From: Owenia fusiformis
Lineage: Eukaryota
DNA: 64,000 nucleotides
Assembly (NCBI GenBank): GCA_903813345.2
Contig: CAIIXF020000001.1
Location: 48,608,001-48,672,000 of the forward strand
Direction of reading: 5' to 3'
The notes beneath the pieces were generated by a model, which ran no database searches, was not told the origin of the DNA, and was given only the letters and a program-made list of their open reading frames with translations. Below are positions 1-12,359 of the stretch, piece by piece (position 1 is the stretch's first letter; every line of letters begins with the position of its first letter). Made by a program: the position numbers and the translations under genes.

Positions 1-1039
1 CTCGTCGGGTGTCCCAGATACAATGTTTTCCCTTTCAGCTGCCCCAGCAGTTTGGTCAACCCACCCAGCCACACTGACCAGTACAGGGACACCGGCTTCA
101 TACCCGCTGGAACAGAAACAATCGAAATCCCCCGTATTATCAAAACCTAACCAGAGGGGGGCGTTTGTTGGAGACTGGTGTGAGTTCTCAAGTAGGTTTA
201 CATTCTTTCAGGGTCTTGCGGCATCTTTCAAAATGAGCAGTTTCGTACAAAATGGCAGGACTGGGAATGATAAAGCAACACCTTATTCTCACCATATCAG
301 TCGGATTCCCATGGAATGATAGAACTAATAAACAACGATGCGCTCTGTGAGCGTTGTGAGTGTATACCTTTAAACAATGGCAAACACGACAATCAGTCAG
401 TATATATTCAAAAGTTTAGATCATTTTCATGCAATACTGTTTGGTACCTCTTTGAACCCGGAAAATAGCCCCTCGATCGGAAAGTATAAATAGAAAGCGT
501 TTGAATATTTAGATACCGTAGTTCCCATCTGCCGCATGATGTTATCGCAGGCATGCAGTTACCCTTCTAGCATCAAACTGGTGAATTTTTCCCCGGGCAG
601 ATTAGTTGATATGAGTAACCTAAGAGAAAAACTAATGTACTTTTTCAACACCTGCAATATCATAATGTCCAAAAACATTAATTTGTCGTTTGGACTGGGA
701 ATAGGGTTTTGTGGATCAGTCGATTCAACTTCACGATAATCCGAAAAAAAGCACAAATAGCAACAATCAAAACGACCATTGTCAATACAGATGCGGTCTA
801 TGGTCACAGAAATCTGTCGAGGTCACTAATAAATTAATTATATTTTTAGATCAAAGAAATAAAATGAATGTCACTAACACGTTGAGTTGAACCTAACAGC
901 AAATGGTTAATTACGTAAGAAAATATGGCTGCCAATTAAGTTGGCCACAACCCAAATTACCCACTGTCTGATATTTTTGTCTCCAAAAGTGACGTGCGTG
1001 GAGGTAAATCTACATAGGGGGTCTAGTGCTGTATAAATA

Positions 1040-1617
1040 CATGTTTGTTTTTATCATGCAATGTTGCTTTTTAGTGTGATGCATGGAAATATATTATTTA
1101 AATTCCAGCTAGGTTGTACGTGCGCGGTGAAACTGCAACAATTTTGAAAGAAATCCAAAATATCTTATTCAACTTGTTCATTTACATTCGAGTTGAAAAT
1201 GCTATAGTTGAACTTACATTTAACCATATATTTACCTATAAATGATTCTTCAGTCTGTCTGTCTGTCTGTCTTGTCTTTGAATTGCAAGGCAAACATTGG
1301 CCAGTATACATAGTTGCGATGTAGAATTTGAATTGTGCATTCAAACAGGAATTCAAATATCCGTGTTTAATTTATTAGTTTGTTCCTGCCATTGAACAAA
1401 AAGAATTAATTACCATCTTCAATAACCCGATAGAAAATAGAAAATTATCAATACTTTGGGCCTTTCACGTAAATAGAGTAAAACTAACCATGATTCAGGG
1501 AGAGAAGAGATTGCATGGTTCACTTATTCTTGTAGAGAGAAATTGCATGACCAGGTCATAATCTAAAGCGTAGCCGAGTACTAGATTGATAAACAGACCT
1601 TACTTGTTTAAACTGCG
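1040..1617. repeat. Diverged direct copy of the CK 5' flank (matches about 4062-4906, and partly 2904-3065)
   Basis: Long near-identical blocks, e.g. GTTGAACTTACATTTAACCATATATTTACC and CTTACTTGTTTAAACTGC, occur in both places. Confidence 0.9.
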
Positions 1618-1643
1618 TTTAGAATTTGAATGCTAAATAATAT

Positions 1644-2906
1644 TTATGAAAATCGTCCTCTGCGTTGTGGACGCATACTAGCCGGAAGTAGATCATCGAT
1701 GGACTTGCGCTTTTCTAGCCGCTGTTCCATCTGGATCAGGGTATTCACGCCATCTATTACTAACTGGCATAGCTCAACTTCACTCACTCCAAGTCTGTCG
1801 GAGTTTGATATATCAAATATACCATTTGTGGATTGGGTGTCGACACCACCGGTACCGCGTTTCTGTAGCTTCATGCAATCTAGGATTTTGTCAAAGCGAG
1901 GATCCTTGCCTACATTTGGAAGCTTGATGTGAACACTAGCTCTCAGGCCAGTACCGAGGTTACTAGGGCATGTCAAGATGTAGCCTAGATGATCACTATG
2001 CATGAACTCCCATCCTTTTCGCTTAATGCTTCCTTGTACTTTATTAAGGCCATCACAAAATCGTTGGAAAACTGCACGCATATTTCCTCCCTTTTCCATA
2101 GAGATAATACGCGTATGGTCCTCTTCGTTTACCCATACAAAGAAATTTTTGTTTGCGTTATGCCAAATACCACGACCATCGGGCCAATCCCTTGCCATAC
2201 CTGCACACGTGAGCAACGGAGACACTGGTTTATCAAAGAGGAAATGGTCATTGATCAACTTTTCTTGCTCCTCGTCGGTCATATTGCTAAGGGAATGATA
2301 TTGACCTTTAAATTGTCCATCTAGAGAACCGAGTGCATCGATACAAACTCGTTCGACCTCACGTCTTTCAGCTCTTGAAATAGCAGGTGGAAGGCTCAGA
2401 CCTCGTATACAACGACCCGTACGTACACGTGATGACAAGACGTACTTTTCATCAAAATTGCCTCCACGTATTTTCGATGCGTCGAGATCTGTAGGGTGAA
2501 TTTGATCTTTCGTGTATCCACCATGTCGATCTTCGATGATTGGGTCGAAAAGATCCGCAAATGTATCGTATGATTCTTCGTCACCAGCAACAATTCCAAC
2601 GGTTTTAATGAAGGGATGAACAGGATTGTCAACACCTGTTTGAATACATTGATCGAGAGTCCAACCATTAGGAGTAGCCTTATCCCTCAATTTAGCATAA
2701 ATGGCAGGGGTAAGACATTTTGCCATTGTGTTGTTGTGTTGGCTGAGTTCAGGGAAATTTGCAGAAGCTGGGTACTTCAAATGAATATTAGTCGTTCCTA
2801 GGCGCGCTTGTACACTCTCTTTGTCGGCACGATATGCAAGATATCCTAATGACCCAGCACCTCCAAGTGATAAGATCGCCCTTCTTCCCATTAAAAACGA
2901 CGCCAT
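1644..2906 (-). CDS. CKMT: Mitochondrial-type creatine kinase (phosphagen kinase), intronless, about 420 aa from MASFLMGRR
   Basis: Continuous ORF. N-terminal presequence-like segment, [14 protein letters not shown]-type GS region [41 protein letters not shown] at 2906; the ORF-track start at 2942 is not an ATG. Confidence 0.93.
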   Translation of the reverse strand: MASFLMGRRAILSLGGAGSLGYLAYRADKESVQARLGTTNIHLKYPASANFPELSQHNNTMAKCLTPAIYAKLRDKATPNGWTLDQCIQTGVDNPVHPFIKTVGIVAGDEESYDTFADLFDPIIEDRHGGYTKDQIHPTDLDASKIRGGNFDEKYVLSSRVRTGRCIRGLSLPPAISRAERREVERVCIDALGSLDGQFKGQYHSLSNMTDEEQEKLINDHFLFDKPVSPLLTCAGMARDWPDGRGIWHNANKNFFVWVNEEDHTRIISMEKGGNMRAVFQRFCDGLNKVQGSIKRKGWEFMHSDHLGYILTCPSNLGTGLRASVHIKLPNVGKDPRFDKILDCMKLQKRGTGGVDTQSTNGIFDISNSDRLGVSEVELCQLVIDGVNTLIQMEQRLEKRKSIDDLLPASMRPQRRGRFS

Positions 2907-3227
2907 TTTGTTATTTTTTCTTGCCTGTTTAGTGTTATGCAAGGAAATACTACATCGTATATTATTTTAATTACATCTAGGTTGTACGTGCTCGGCGAAG
3001 CTGCAACAATTTTGGAAGAAATCCAAAAAAAAATTTGTTCATTTACATTCGAGTTGAAGATGCTATACTGTATAAGTGCATGGTATTTAATCCGAGTGGT
3101 TAATTTTCCGAATGGTCAAATTTCATCATTTTCCTAATTTTAATTTTTCTAATGACAAGAAACCTCCCATTGGATAACATTATAAAGACACTATTTCTGA
3201 CATTTAATTTTCCGAACCTGGCAAAAA

Positions 3228-4064
3228 TTAGGGACGCATGTTTCCTCCCTTTTCCATAGAGATAACACGCGTATGGTCCTCTTCGTTTACCCATACAAAG
3301 AAATTTTTGTTTGCGTTATGCCAAATACCACGACCATCGGGCCAATCCCTTGCCATACCTGCACACGTGAGCAACGGAGACACTGGTTTATCAAAGAGGA
3401 AATGGTCATTGATCAACTTTTCTTGCTCCTCGTCGGTCATATTGCTAAGGGAATGATATTGACCTTTAAATTGTCCATCTAGAGAACCGAGTGCATCGAT
3501 GCAAACTCGTTCGACCTCACGTCTTTCAGCTCTTGAAATAGCAGGTGGAAGGCTCAGACCTCGTATACAACGACCCGTACGTACACGTGATGACAAGACG
3601 TACTTTTCATCAAAATTGCCTCCACGTATTTTCGATGCGTCGAGATCTGTAGGGTGAATTTGATCTTTCGTGTATCCACCATGTCGATCTTCGATGATTG
3701 GGTCGAAAAGATCCACAAATGTATCGTATGATTCTTCGTCACCAGCAACAATTCCAACGGTTTTAATGAAGGGATGAACAGGATTGTCAACACCTGTTTG
3801 AATACATTGATCGAGAGTCCAACCATTAGGAGTAGCCTTATCCCTCAATTTAGCATAAATGGCAGGGGTAAGACATTTTGCCATTGTGTTGTCGTGTTGG
3901 CTGAGTTCAGGGAAATTTGCAGAAGCTGGGTACTTCAAATGGATATTAGTCGTTCCTAGGCGCGCTTGTACACTCTCTTTGTCGGCACGATATGCAAGAT
4001 ATCCTAATGACCCAGCACCTCCAAGTGATAAGATCGCCCTTCTTCCCATTAAAAACGACGCCAT
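3228..4064 (-). pseudogene. 3'-truncated tandem duplicate of the creatine kinase gene (about 278 aa)
   Basis: Near-identical to 2076-2906 at an offset of 1158 bp, with substitutions HNN>HDN, FAD>FVD and RII>RVI. Ends after EKGGNMR, so it lacks the reactive-Cys motif CPSNLGTG. Confidence 0.85.
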
Positions 4065-4225
4065 TTTGTTATTTTTTCTTGCCTGTTTAGTGTTATGCAA
4101 GGAAATACTACATCGTATATTATTTAAATTCCATCTAGGGTGTACGTGCTCGGCGAAACTGCAACAATTTTGGAAGAAATCCCCAAAAAAAATTGTTCAT
4201 TTACATTCGAGTTGAAGATGCTATA

Positions 4226-4434
4226 CTGTATAAGTGCATGGTATTTAATCCGAGTGGTTAATTTTCCGAATGGTCAAATTTCATCATTTTCCTAATTTTA
4301 ATTTTTCTAATGACAAGAAACCTCCCATTGGATAACATTATAAAGACAATATTTCTGACATTTAATTTTCCGAACCTGGCAAAAATTAGGGAATAGGCAA
4401 ATTAAATGATTAGACAAAATTACCACTTACACAG
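4226..4434. mobile_element. TA-inserting (Tc1/mariner-type) MITE; truncated copy at 3067-3234
   Basis: Ends CTGTATAAGTG / CACTTACACAG with TA on both sides. The empty site GCTA-TA-GTTG is visible in the paralogous copy at 1201-1210. Confidence 0.8.
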
Positions 4435-7400
4435 TAGTTGAACTTACATTTAACCATATATTTACCTCTAAATGATTCTTCAGTCTGTCTGTCTTGTCTT
4501 TGAATTGCAAGGTTATGACCGGTATACATAGTTGCGATGTAGAATTTGAATTGTGCATTCAAAGAGGATCTCAAATATCCGTGTTTAATTTATTAGTTTG
4601 TTCCTGCCATTGAACAAAAAGAATTAATTACCATCTTCAATAACCCGATAGAAAATAGAAAATTATCAATACTTTGGGCCTTTCACGTAAATAGAGTAAA
4701 ACTAACCATGATTCAGGGAGAGAAGAGATTGCATGGTTCGCTTATTCTTGTAGAGAGAAATTACATGACCAGGTCATAATCTAAAGCATAGCCGATATAC
4801 TGGATTGATACACAGATCTATAAAAAACTGTTTCTCTTCCTTGGCCTAATCGTGTGTGACATTCAGTGTGCTTGCCATATGTCGCCCCTTACTTGTTTAA
4901 ACTGCTACCGACAGGTGTCATAAAATATATTGAAGATCTGATTGTGTTTTATGTATGACTAAAATGTAGTTTTATTTCATGAGTCGATGAATAAAACACC
5001 TTTTGGGTCTATCATTTGCTATGGAAAATATAGCATTGACAACTGTTTTCCACACTGCCTGAAATAACGTTTTTATACTGTATAATCGGACCTAGATCTG
5101 AGTCCTGGGTATATATTGTTTATTGTAGATAAGATGGTCGCTGGGATTTGGCATGATTTTTCAGATCAACCACGCCAATATTTCCAAATTAATGGATGTA
5201 AAAATATAACATGGTTGCCACATACAAACCATAGGAAATAAGAATATGACAAAACATATAGCTATGCATAAGGTGGAATAGTTCAAGCCTTGAGGTATTT
5301 TAGGTTTGAAACCCAAATCTCGACAAATTTCATATGATATATTCGATTCCTTCCATCATGATGAAACGCGCGCTGTATTCTTTCCGTGAATTTTTTTTCT
5401 GGAAAACAATATGTGTTAAACAATCCATTGATGGTTTATACCATAACCATACAATGAAATATTAGTATTACACAGCTATACAACAAATTGTTTTTTATTA
5501 ATTATTTTAAATGTCTGTAAGTGTAAATGAGATAAAATATTAAGTTTTATACATGTTACAAAGAACGATTTTACTTGGATCTGAATTTCAAATGCCTCTC
5601 ATAGATCATCCGTCATAAGTACAATAATTGAATATCAGCTAATTTCATGATAGTAATTTATATTAGTCGTTCAGCATGATAGTATTTCCCTTAAACATCG
5701 CTCCTTTTGTTTACTTACTTTCTAAATTCGTTTTAACATTGTAAGGAAAAATAGATTTTTTAGCTGGTTTAGTTTTGTTGATGTAATTGAAAGTCTTGTA
5801 TTGTTATTTCTTACAACGAAGCACAGAACTGAAAATCTAGAAAAATGGACAAAACGCCCTTCAGAAAAGATAAAGAGTTACTTTTTTATTTAGAAGAATT
5901 GCTTAGATCCTTAATCACAGACTCCATTATCAAGTAAAATATTACAGAGAGAAAAATAAGCCGCAACATTTTTGTTTCCAAACAGAGTCTATACTACATG
6001 ATAATTTGATCTATCGTTACGTAAGTTTAGACATTTTCCCAGGTTATGATCATTGATCATTTTTAACAGTATGGTCAAATCAACGTTACCAAATCGGGTC
6101 TTTAGCAAATCAAATATGCTTGACCAAGAGATAAAAAAATGATTTACACTGATAAAAGTATAATCCCCTAGTGTATAATGATCTGGTACTTTGCGCTTCA
6201 AGAATAGGCAAATGGCTCTCGCGAATGACAAACGTGACAATGATTGAGCGGAAGATGCCGCTCTTTGTTGCTTGTGTTTCACTCTCGCTTTCTATGGTAT
6301 TCTATCGTTTGTTGGTTTATATAATGGCATTATAATGAAGGAGTAAGCCACTGAAGCAAAAAGTAATACACTCGTAGTCAGCGTCCGAGATGTTTGAAAT
6401 GAGCACGAGGACAATCAATTATAACACGGTACCGCCCATATCACATTATCAGCCTGTATTGATGATGTTCTTGTTCGTGGCAAGGCGATATACATCTATC
6501 TTGGATTTCCAAGGTATGAAGTTTTCAGAAATCGAGTAAACAATCTGGATACCATTGTTAGGGACTCTCTATTTTTGTATCTTTTTCAATTTTGCAACTG
6601 AACTAGAAATGTACAAATGATTATATCTCGCCTTAAATGATTGGGAAAGACACAATGTTAGGTGTTCAATTTCAAGTCTTTATGCGATTTACTTGGTCTT
6701 GGATCAATATTCTACCTTCTCTAATCTCGTCCTCAGCCTGCATATCCCCAAACCAAAGAGAATGGGGGGGGGAGCACAGGGGACATAACACTGGCCCACC
6801 AAACAATTTGTGATAATTTTGAAATGGACAAATGGACATTTCTATAATGAACGCACACGATTATAAAATATATAAACACGCGCATATCAGTAACACTACT
6901 TTTGACAAGGCTTTTTATAGAGATGCGAAATGAAACTATATGCAAAGGGTAATACATGTTGTACAGCACTTGATAGATTTTATATATGTTTAAAAAATGC
7001 ATCCCATGGACATGTATATCACATGTATGCATACATTATTATGTTGTCCTCGGTTATTTATTTTATCATCATAATGCTAAAAAATCCCCCAATAAAAAGA
7101 ACCCATGAGCCCAAATTTTCTAATATTGTATTTTTGGAAAGATTACTCGCTAGATCTGAATCTGCCGACAATGCATGTACGAAACTTATGTGCTACTTTA
7201 TCTTTGGGATTCTTGCTAAAAAATCCTATCGCGGTGCTTTGACAGATGCTCGTTAAAAACAAGATATACCATTTACTAAAATATTGTATTTATGAATCCG
7301 ATAGAACAATACTGCATCTGATCTTTGTGTATTGGTGACGTATATCGTTTGCATCTGCATGTCGTCTCGCAACAGAATACAATACACAGTAAAATGTTTT

Positions 7401-9499
7401 ATAAATAACATTCACTAAAACACACAATTATCACATAATTATAAGTAAATCTATGTAATAAGAAAGAATGAGTAATGATTGACGTCGATGAATGTAATGT
7501 TATATATTCCAGCACATGTATTTTATTAATTTTTTGATGTGTCATAAAAATGTCTAATACTGAGTTCTACAAAATGCGTGTCCATATACGAGAAACAGAG
7601 ATGCACTCACATGTCAACTAAACCGTTGAGATTTTAGGTTAAATCATTCCACGTTTCGGCATAGTTTCGCATAAACTTGTTAAAATTCGAGTTTTGAAAT
7701 TTAGTTCATCTTTCTTTGCCATTTTTCAAAATAAGCAAGTGATTTCTGGATTTCTCATACTTATTTTCATTGATTTCAAATAGAATCTCATAACTGCGTG
7801 TTAAACTATTTTGAATAAACATGGGCTATTAATTTACAAGTTTAAACGCATTACATCTATATCAGATGAATGAACGTTTGCTGCCAATGTTTGATTAAAC
7901 CATTTTAAGCAAACGACAGACGCTTGTTCTGAAACCCAACTGGCAATGTTCTACTCATAGAAAACTTAATTATAAGGGTGTGTAGTCGCCCCAAGCTATC
8001 AGAAGAGACACGGGCAGAAGTGAATGGATGAGAGGTACCAGAGCAGTGAGATACATCACATACACATCCCTAACATCTTATTAACCGTATGCTAGTAAAA
8101 TACCTCTGTAAACTCAGCAGCAGCAACATTGGTCATTTTAAATTACTTTTCATTTTCATTTAATTAAACCATTTGTAATGTACCATTTATAGTGTGATAC
8201 GATTATCATATCGTGCGTTTTATTTAGTACGGGAATTCAATAGCGTATCAAATTTTAAAATTTATTAGTTTGCAGTCCTCTAGTTCAGCGACAGATTTTT
8301 TGAAACTGATAGACAACTCAATCTTAGTGGGGTATAATTAGATGTTTTGACAAAAGCTATAGGATTCTATTGTTTATATTTTGCCTTAAAGAAATATGTA
8401 TCTGTATGAAAAACTTTCCACATAAAATTATTATTTCATTCTGTGGATAATGGCTGGGGGCAGGTTCGGTTAACTTGGCCATTTATTACGACCAAAGCTT
8501 ATAATTTGTCATACAAAAGCGAAAGTAAAACATGTCAAAGGTCGAAATATTTTGAAAAACTTCCAAACGACGTTATGCCTCGTTATTGAGAATAATAGCT
8601 TCGGGGTTGAAATCTAGAGTGACTAAATCTTCACTTTCATTAAACTAATACTGATCGTTTTTACATGTTTTTTACGACACTAACATAATCACTGATTAAC
8701 TACAAGTCCATCATTCAAATATTCCCATAGACGGCATGGTATAATTGAAAAAAGGAATCACCAAAATCAATTACACGGAAAGCCAGTGTAAGATTATTTA
8801 TTTAACCACAGAACTGTATTATTAGCTCATCATAAAATGTACTAGTATTTGTCTTAGTTTTATATGATTATCCGGACACATTGCAACCACCATAACGACT
8901 AATTGAAAGTGATTGGACGCGCATGTGTGCGCGGAAATAGCTTCTGAATCTATACACGGAAACTGACAGAATAATTGGAACTTAACTTTGATTAACGAGC
9001 GCTTTTATAATGCAGAAACAATACGTTACAAATTATATGTTAATCAGTAACAAATGAAACTGACGATGATTATTTGAATTGTTAGTTATTGTCAGTGCTT
9101 TTTGTTTGATGGGTGACACCGCTCTATGAGGGTACGTTACGTTCTTGAGTTTCAGTGGTCACGTCTAAAGTAATATCACGTGCCGGCAGTTGCTCATACC
9201 CCTATCTCCTCTAGTAAGTAGCCTAATTCTACCATAAATGTCTAAACTCAATCTCCACGGATATGAAGTATTATAGAGTAGGCTGGTGTAGTGGCAAGCT
9301 AGTGGTGAACATTTTTGCTGAAACAATTGTAGTGTTAATTGTCACCAGATTAGAAAAAAATAAATATTTTATGCAGGGAGCTAAGCTTGAAATAGGGGAG
9401 CCTTAGAAGACTAATAAACCTTTATATTTCGAAATATATCACAGGGAACAATGCCCCGTGGTCTTCATTGCCCCTATAATGTAAACCAAAAGTATTTTT

Positions 9500-9935
9500 G
9501 TTCAAAATTAATCAGCAGAAATTATTCCCCTAACTCTGGTAAACTTTTTTTATTAAAACATAAAAGTTTCAGATTTTTTTGAAAGCTATTAAAGAGAATT
9601 TAAAGACATTATTCAATGTAAATCTTAGTTTTGATGCCCATGATATGGCGTTCGGAAGATCTGTAAATAATGAAAACATTTTGCTAAAATAGGCTATCAC
9701 TAGCAATCAAATATTATATATATGCAAAGCAATTTAATGAGGTAAATCCCAACTTAGACGAGACTCAATTTGAAAATACTATGTTTTTATTTATACCAGA
9801 ACTTTTGGGTATGACTGTTGCGAATGTCTGAATGAATGGAGGTGGTGTGAAAGTGGTTTGATATTTCATCTTTGCCTTGTAAAATGTATTATTTCATGTT
9901 TGATTCAATAAAAAAAAACAAAAAAAAACAACAAC
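9500..9935 (+). mobile_element. Degenerate 3' end of an L1/Tx1-like LINE with poly(A) tail
   Basis: Broken frames read FNVNLSFDAHDMAFG...LLAIKYYIYAKQFNEVNPNL, resembling the ORF2 C-terminus. AATAAA and an A-rich tail follow at about 9907-9935. Confidence 0.5.
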
Positions 9936-12359
9936 ATAAAACTATTGAGACATTCTTTGGTAAAAATAATAAGATTATCATTATCAATCAATACGCGTGG
10001 CTTACTTCTTATTTTTGCAATAAAACTGTAAAATAAAACTGTAAAAGAATCGTTTTTAAAATGTACGGTCAGTATATAATAAAAATATAACAGGGAAAGG
10101 TATTACTTGATGATTACTTATGATTATATAGAGAGGTTAAAATAAAAATATGATTTAACCTCGGCCTTCCTAGTATGTTAAAAATGATCTATGAAGATTA
10201 TGCAAATAAATAAAACTTAATATTGAAAGAAATAATACAACCTTAAACAATACATGCGAAATACAATAAAGCTAAATACAATACAAAAATAATGGAGAGT
10301 AATATTATTATGTATATATATATTATACAATACAGTTAAATTCAATACAGTACCATATATGTACTTTCTAGCAATACTAATACAATACAACATTTATAAT
10401 TCATTATAATATAATAAACTATATTTATGTATACAGTAGCTCAGAATATTAGTAGTTATTTAAAGTATAAACATTGTAATGTAGGATAAATAATTTAAAT
10501 AGTGTATACATTTTTAAATCATAAAAAAGGATGTATTTAATATTTGATTATGGTGATTAAAGTATCACTGCTAATGACATTGAACAATTGCAATCAGCAG
10601 TACCAAACAATAGTATACTTGTATTAATGAATGCAATTTTATCATTAAATTACTGCATAATAACACTGTTCCGTGCACATTAAGGTAAAAGTAGCATACA
10701 TTGATATGAGGAAACTGGATAAAGAACTGCCTAAATAGTATTTGTTTGCGTATTTGGATACAAAAAGCATTCACGTGCATCGTGTGCTAGGGATGGATCA
10801 AATCGAAAACGATGAAGTATGCTGTCATTAAAAAGGTACAGTAACATCAATTTAAATGTTAATTCTTGTGAGATTATTCCGCCTCTTAAACAGCTATACC
10901 TGGATTCTATTTCTTTGATTCATGAGTAAAACCTTGTCATTGTACTATGAAACAATAGGATAGGTAATAAAGTGCTCACTGACACCTGAGCTCAGGCCAT
11001 CCATATGCTGATTAGTATATGTTCCTGCTCAAGTCACTGTCACTCGGATTAAGAATGTAAAAAATCATGAAATCTCTTTTGAAGTGGAAATAATTGCACA
11101 TTTAAGATTTTATGAAGATGGACTGTTTTTCTAGGATCCTGAGTATTTTTCTACAACAGGTTCGACGATGGTTGTCATCATATAATATATGCCATCTTTT
11201 GAAAGAGAGATTAACAGTATGATTTATACATGTTTAGTTCTATATATTTGAACAAAATATGTTTCTTGAGTTGCGATACAAATTTAGGTTCTCATTGTCT
11301 GTTAAATCATGGGCTCTCTTGAAAGTCCATGGTTGAATGTTGTTTTTCTTTGATTTTGGTGTTGCGTTCTTGTTTGAGTACAACAATATAAAATTGAGGG
11401 TATCATTACTTTGAACTCAAGCGACCTCTTTCTGTATTTAGAAAGTCCAAATACTAACTCAGAAAGATGTTTACTTTGTATACCCCACATATGCCAGCTT
11501 ATATAAATCTCATTTGACGCTTTCATCAGTTTAAGAGATCCATGAGATTCTATTAAATTAACAATGACGAAAATAATAAACCCTGCAAATCCCATACAAC
11601 TATTATATTATGGTAGTGTGGCGTGCACTGGTTGACACTGAACCCATTTGTATCAGCAACAAATAACTCTTGGAATAAGATTAAATTTTGTTGTCGCCAA
11701 CATTACAAAATAAGTCAAACTAGTACACATGTTTTACTAAATTTGTTTCTTTGAATTAAAGGACGTTTACATTGGATTGGATAGAACCTATTTCGGACCT
11801 GGAGTATCCACTATTATGGTATTTGGTTTAGCTTCTGTGCATTGTTTAATGTCAATAAGTAAAAGCTTATAAGGGAAAGTAAGATTGATGTATCTCGCAA
11901 TAGTATCTTTGCAATTATTAGAACTGTCAATAAGCATAGTTCAAAACTGGACACCTCTGAATCTATCACTTGAGAATATCGAAATATACTAATTATGAAA
12001 CTATAAGATATCAATGCTTAACTGGATATTGCAGTAGTATAGTCTGTAAATGCCAGGACGACGTACATAACATATCCTGTAAATTATATTTGTAATTTTC
12101 ATTAGATATATATTTTTGCAAAGCACCACTGGCCAAAAAATCTTTCAAAATCATGCAGTTTTTCACCTCTTGGCAAATCCTGGCTACGGGCCTGCTAACT
12201 TATTGTTTCAGACAGCAGTTCAAGCAACAGACAAAAAGGGTGAATACCAGATGTAAAACAGTAACATATCTCACATACCCGAGGTCAATGAGACGCCGGC
12301 ATATATATATGACCTAAATATATATATGGTACTTCTGTCACTCATTGGAACTATCTAAA

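Noticed and set aside
1..360. Cys/TGA-rich minus frame suggesting a selenoprotein; plus-strand fragments (IPRIIKT, SPYQSDSHGMIE) suggesting a retroelement integrase
   Set aside because: A TAA interrupts the minus frame and no SECIS can be assessed at the window edge. The integrase similarity needs several frameshifts and is too weak to call.
1630..4215. Numerous 60-120 aa ORFs overlapping CK
   Set aside because: These are antisense or alternate-frame shadows of the CK coding sequence.
11100..12050. Short hydrophobic ORFs upstream of PHF24
   Set aside because: No recognisable motif or consistent exon chain.
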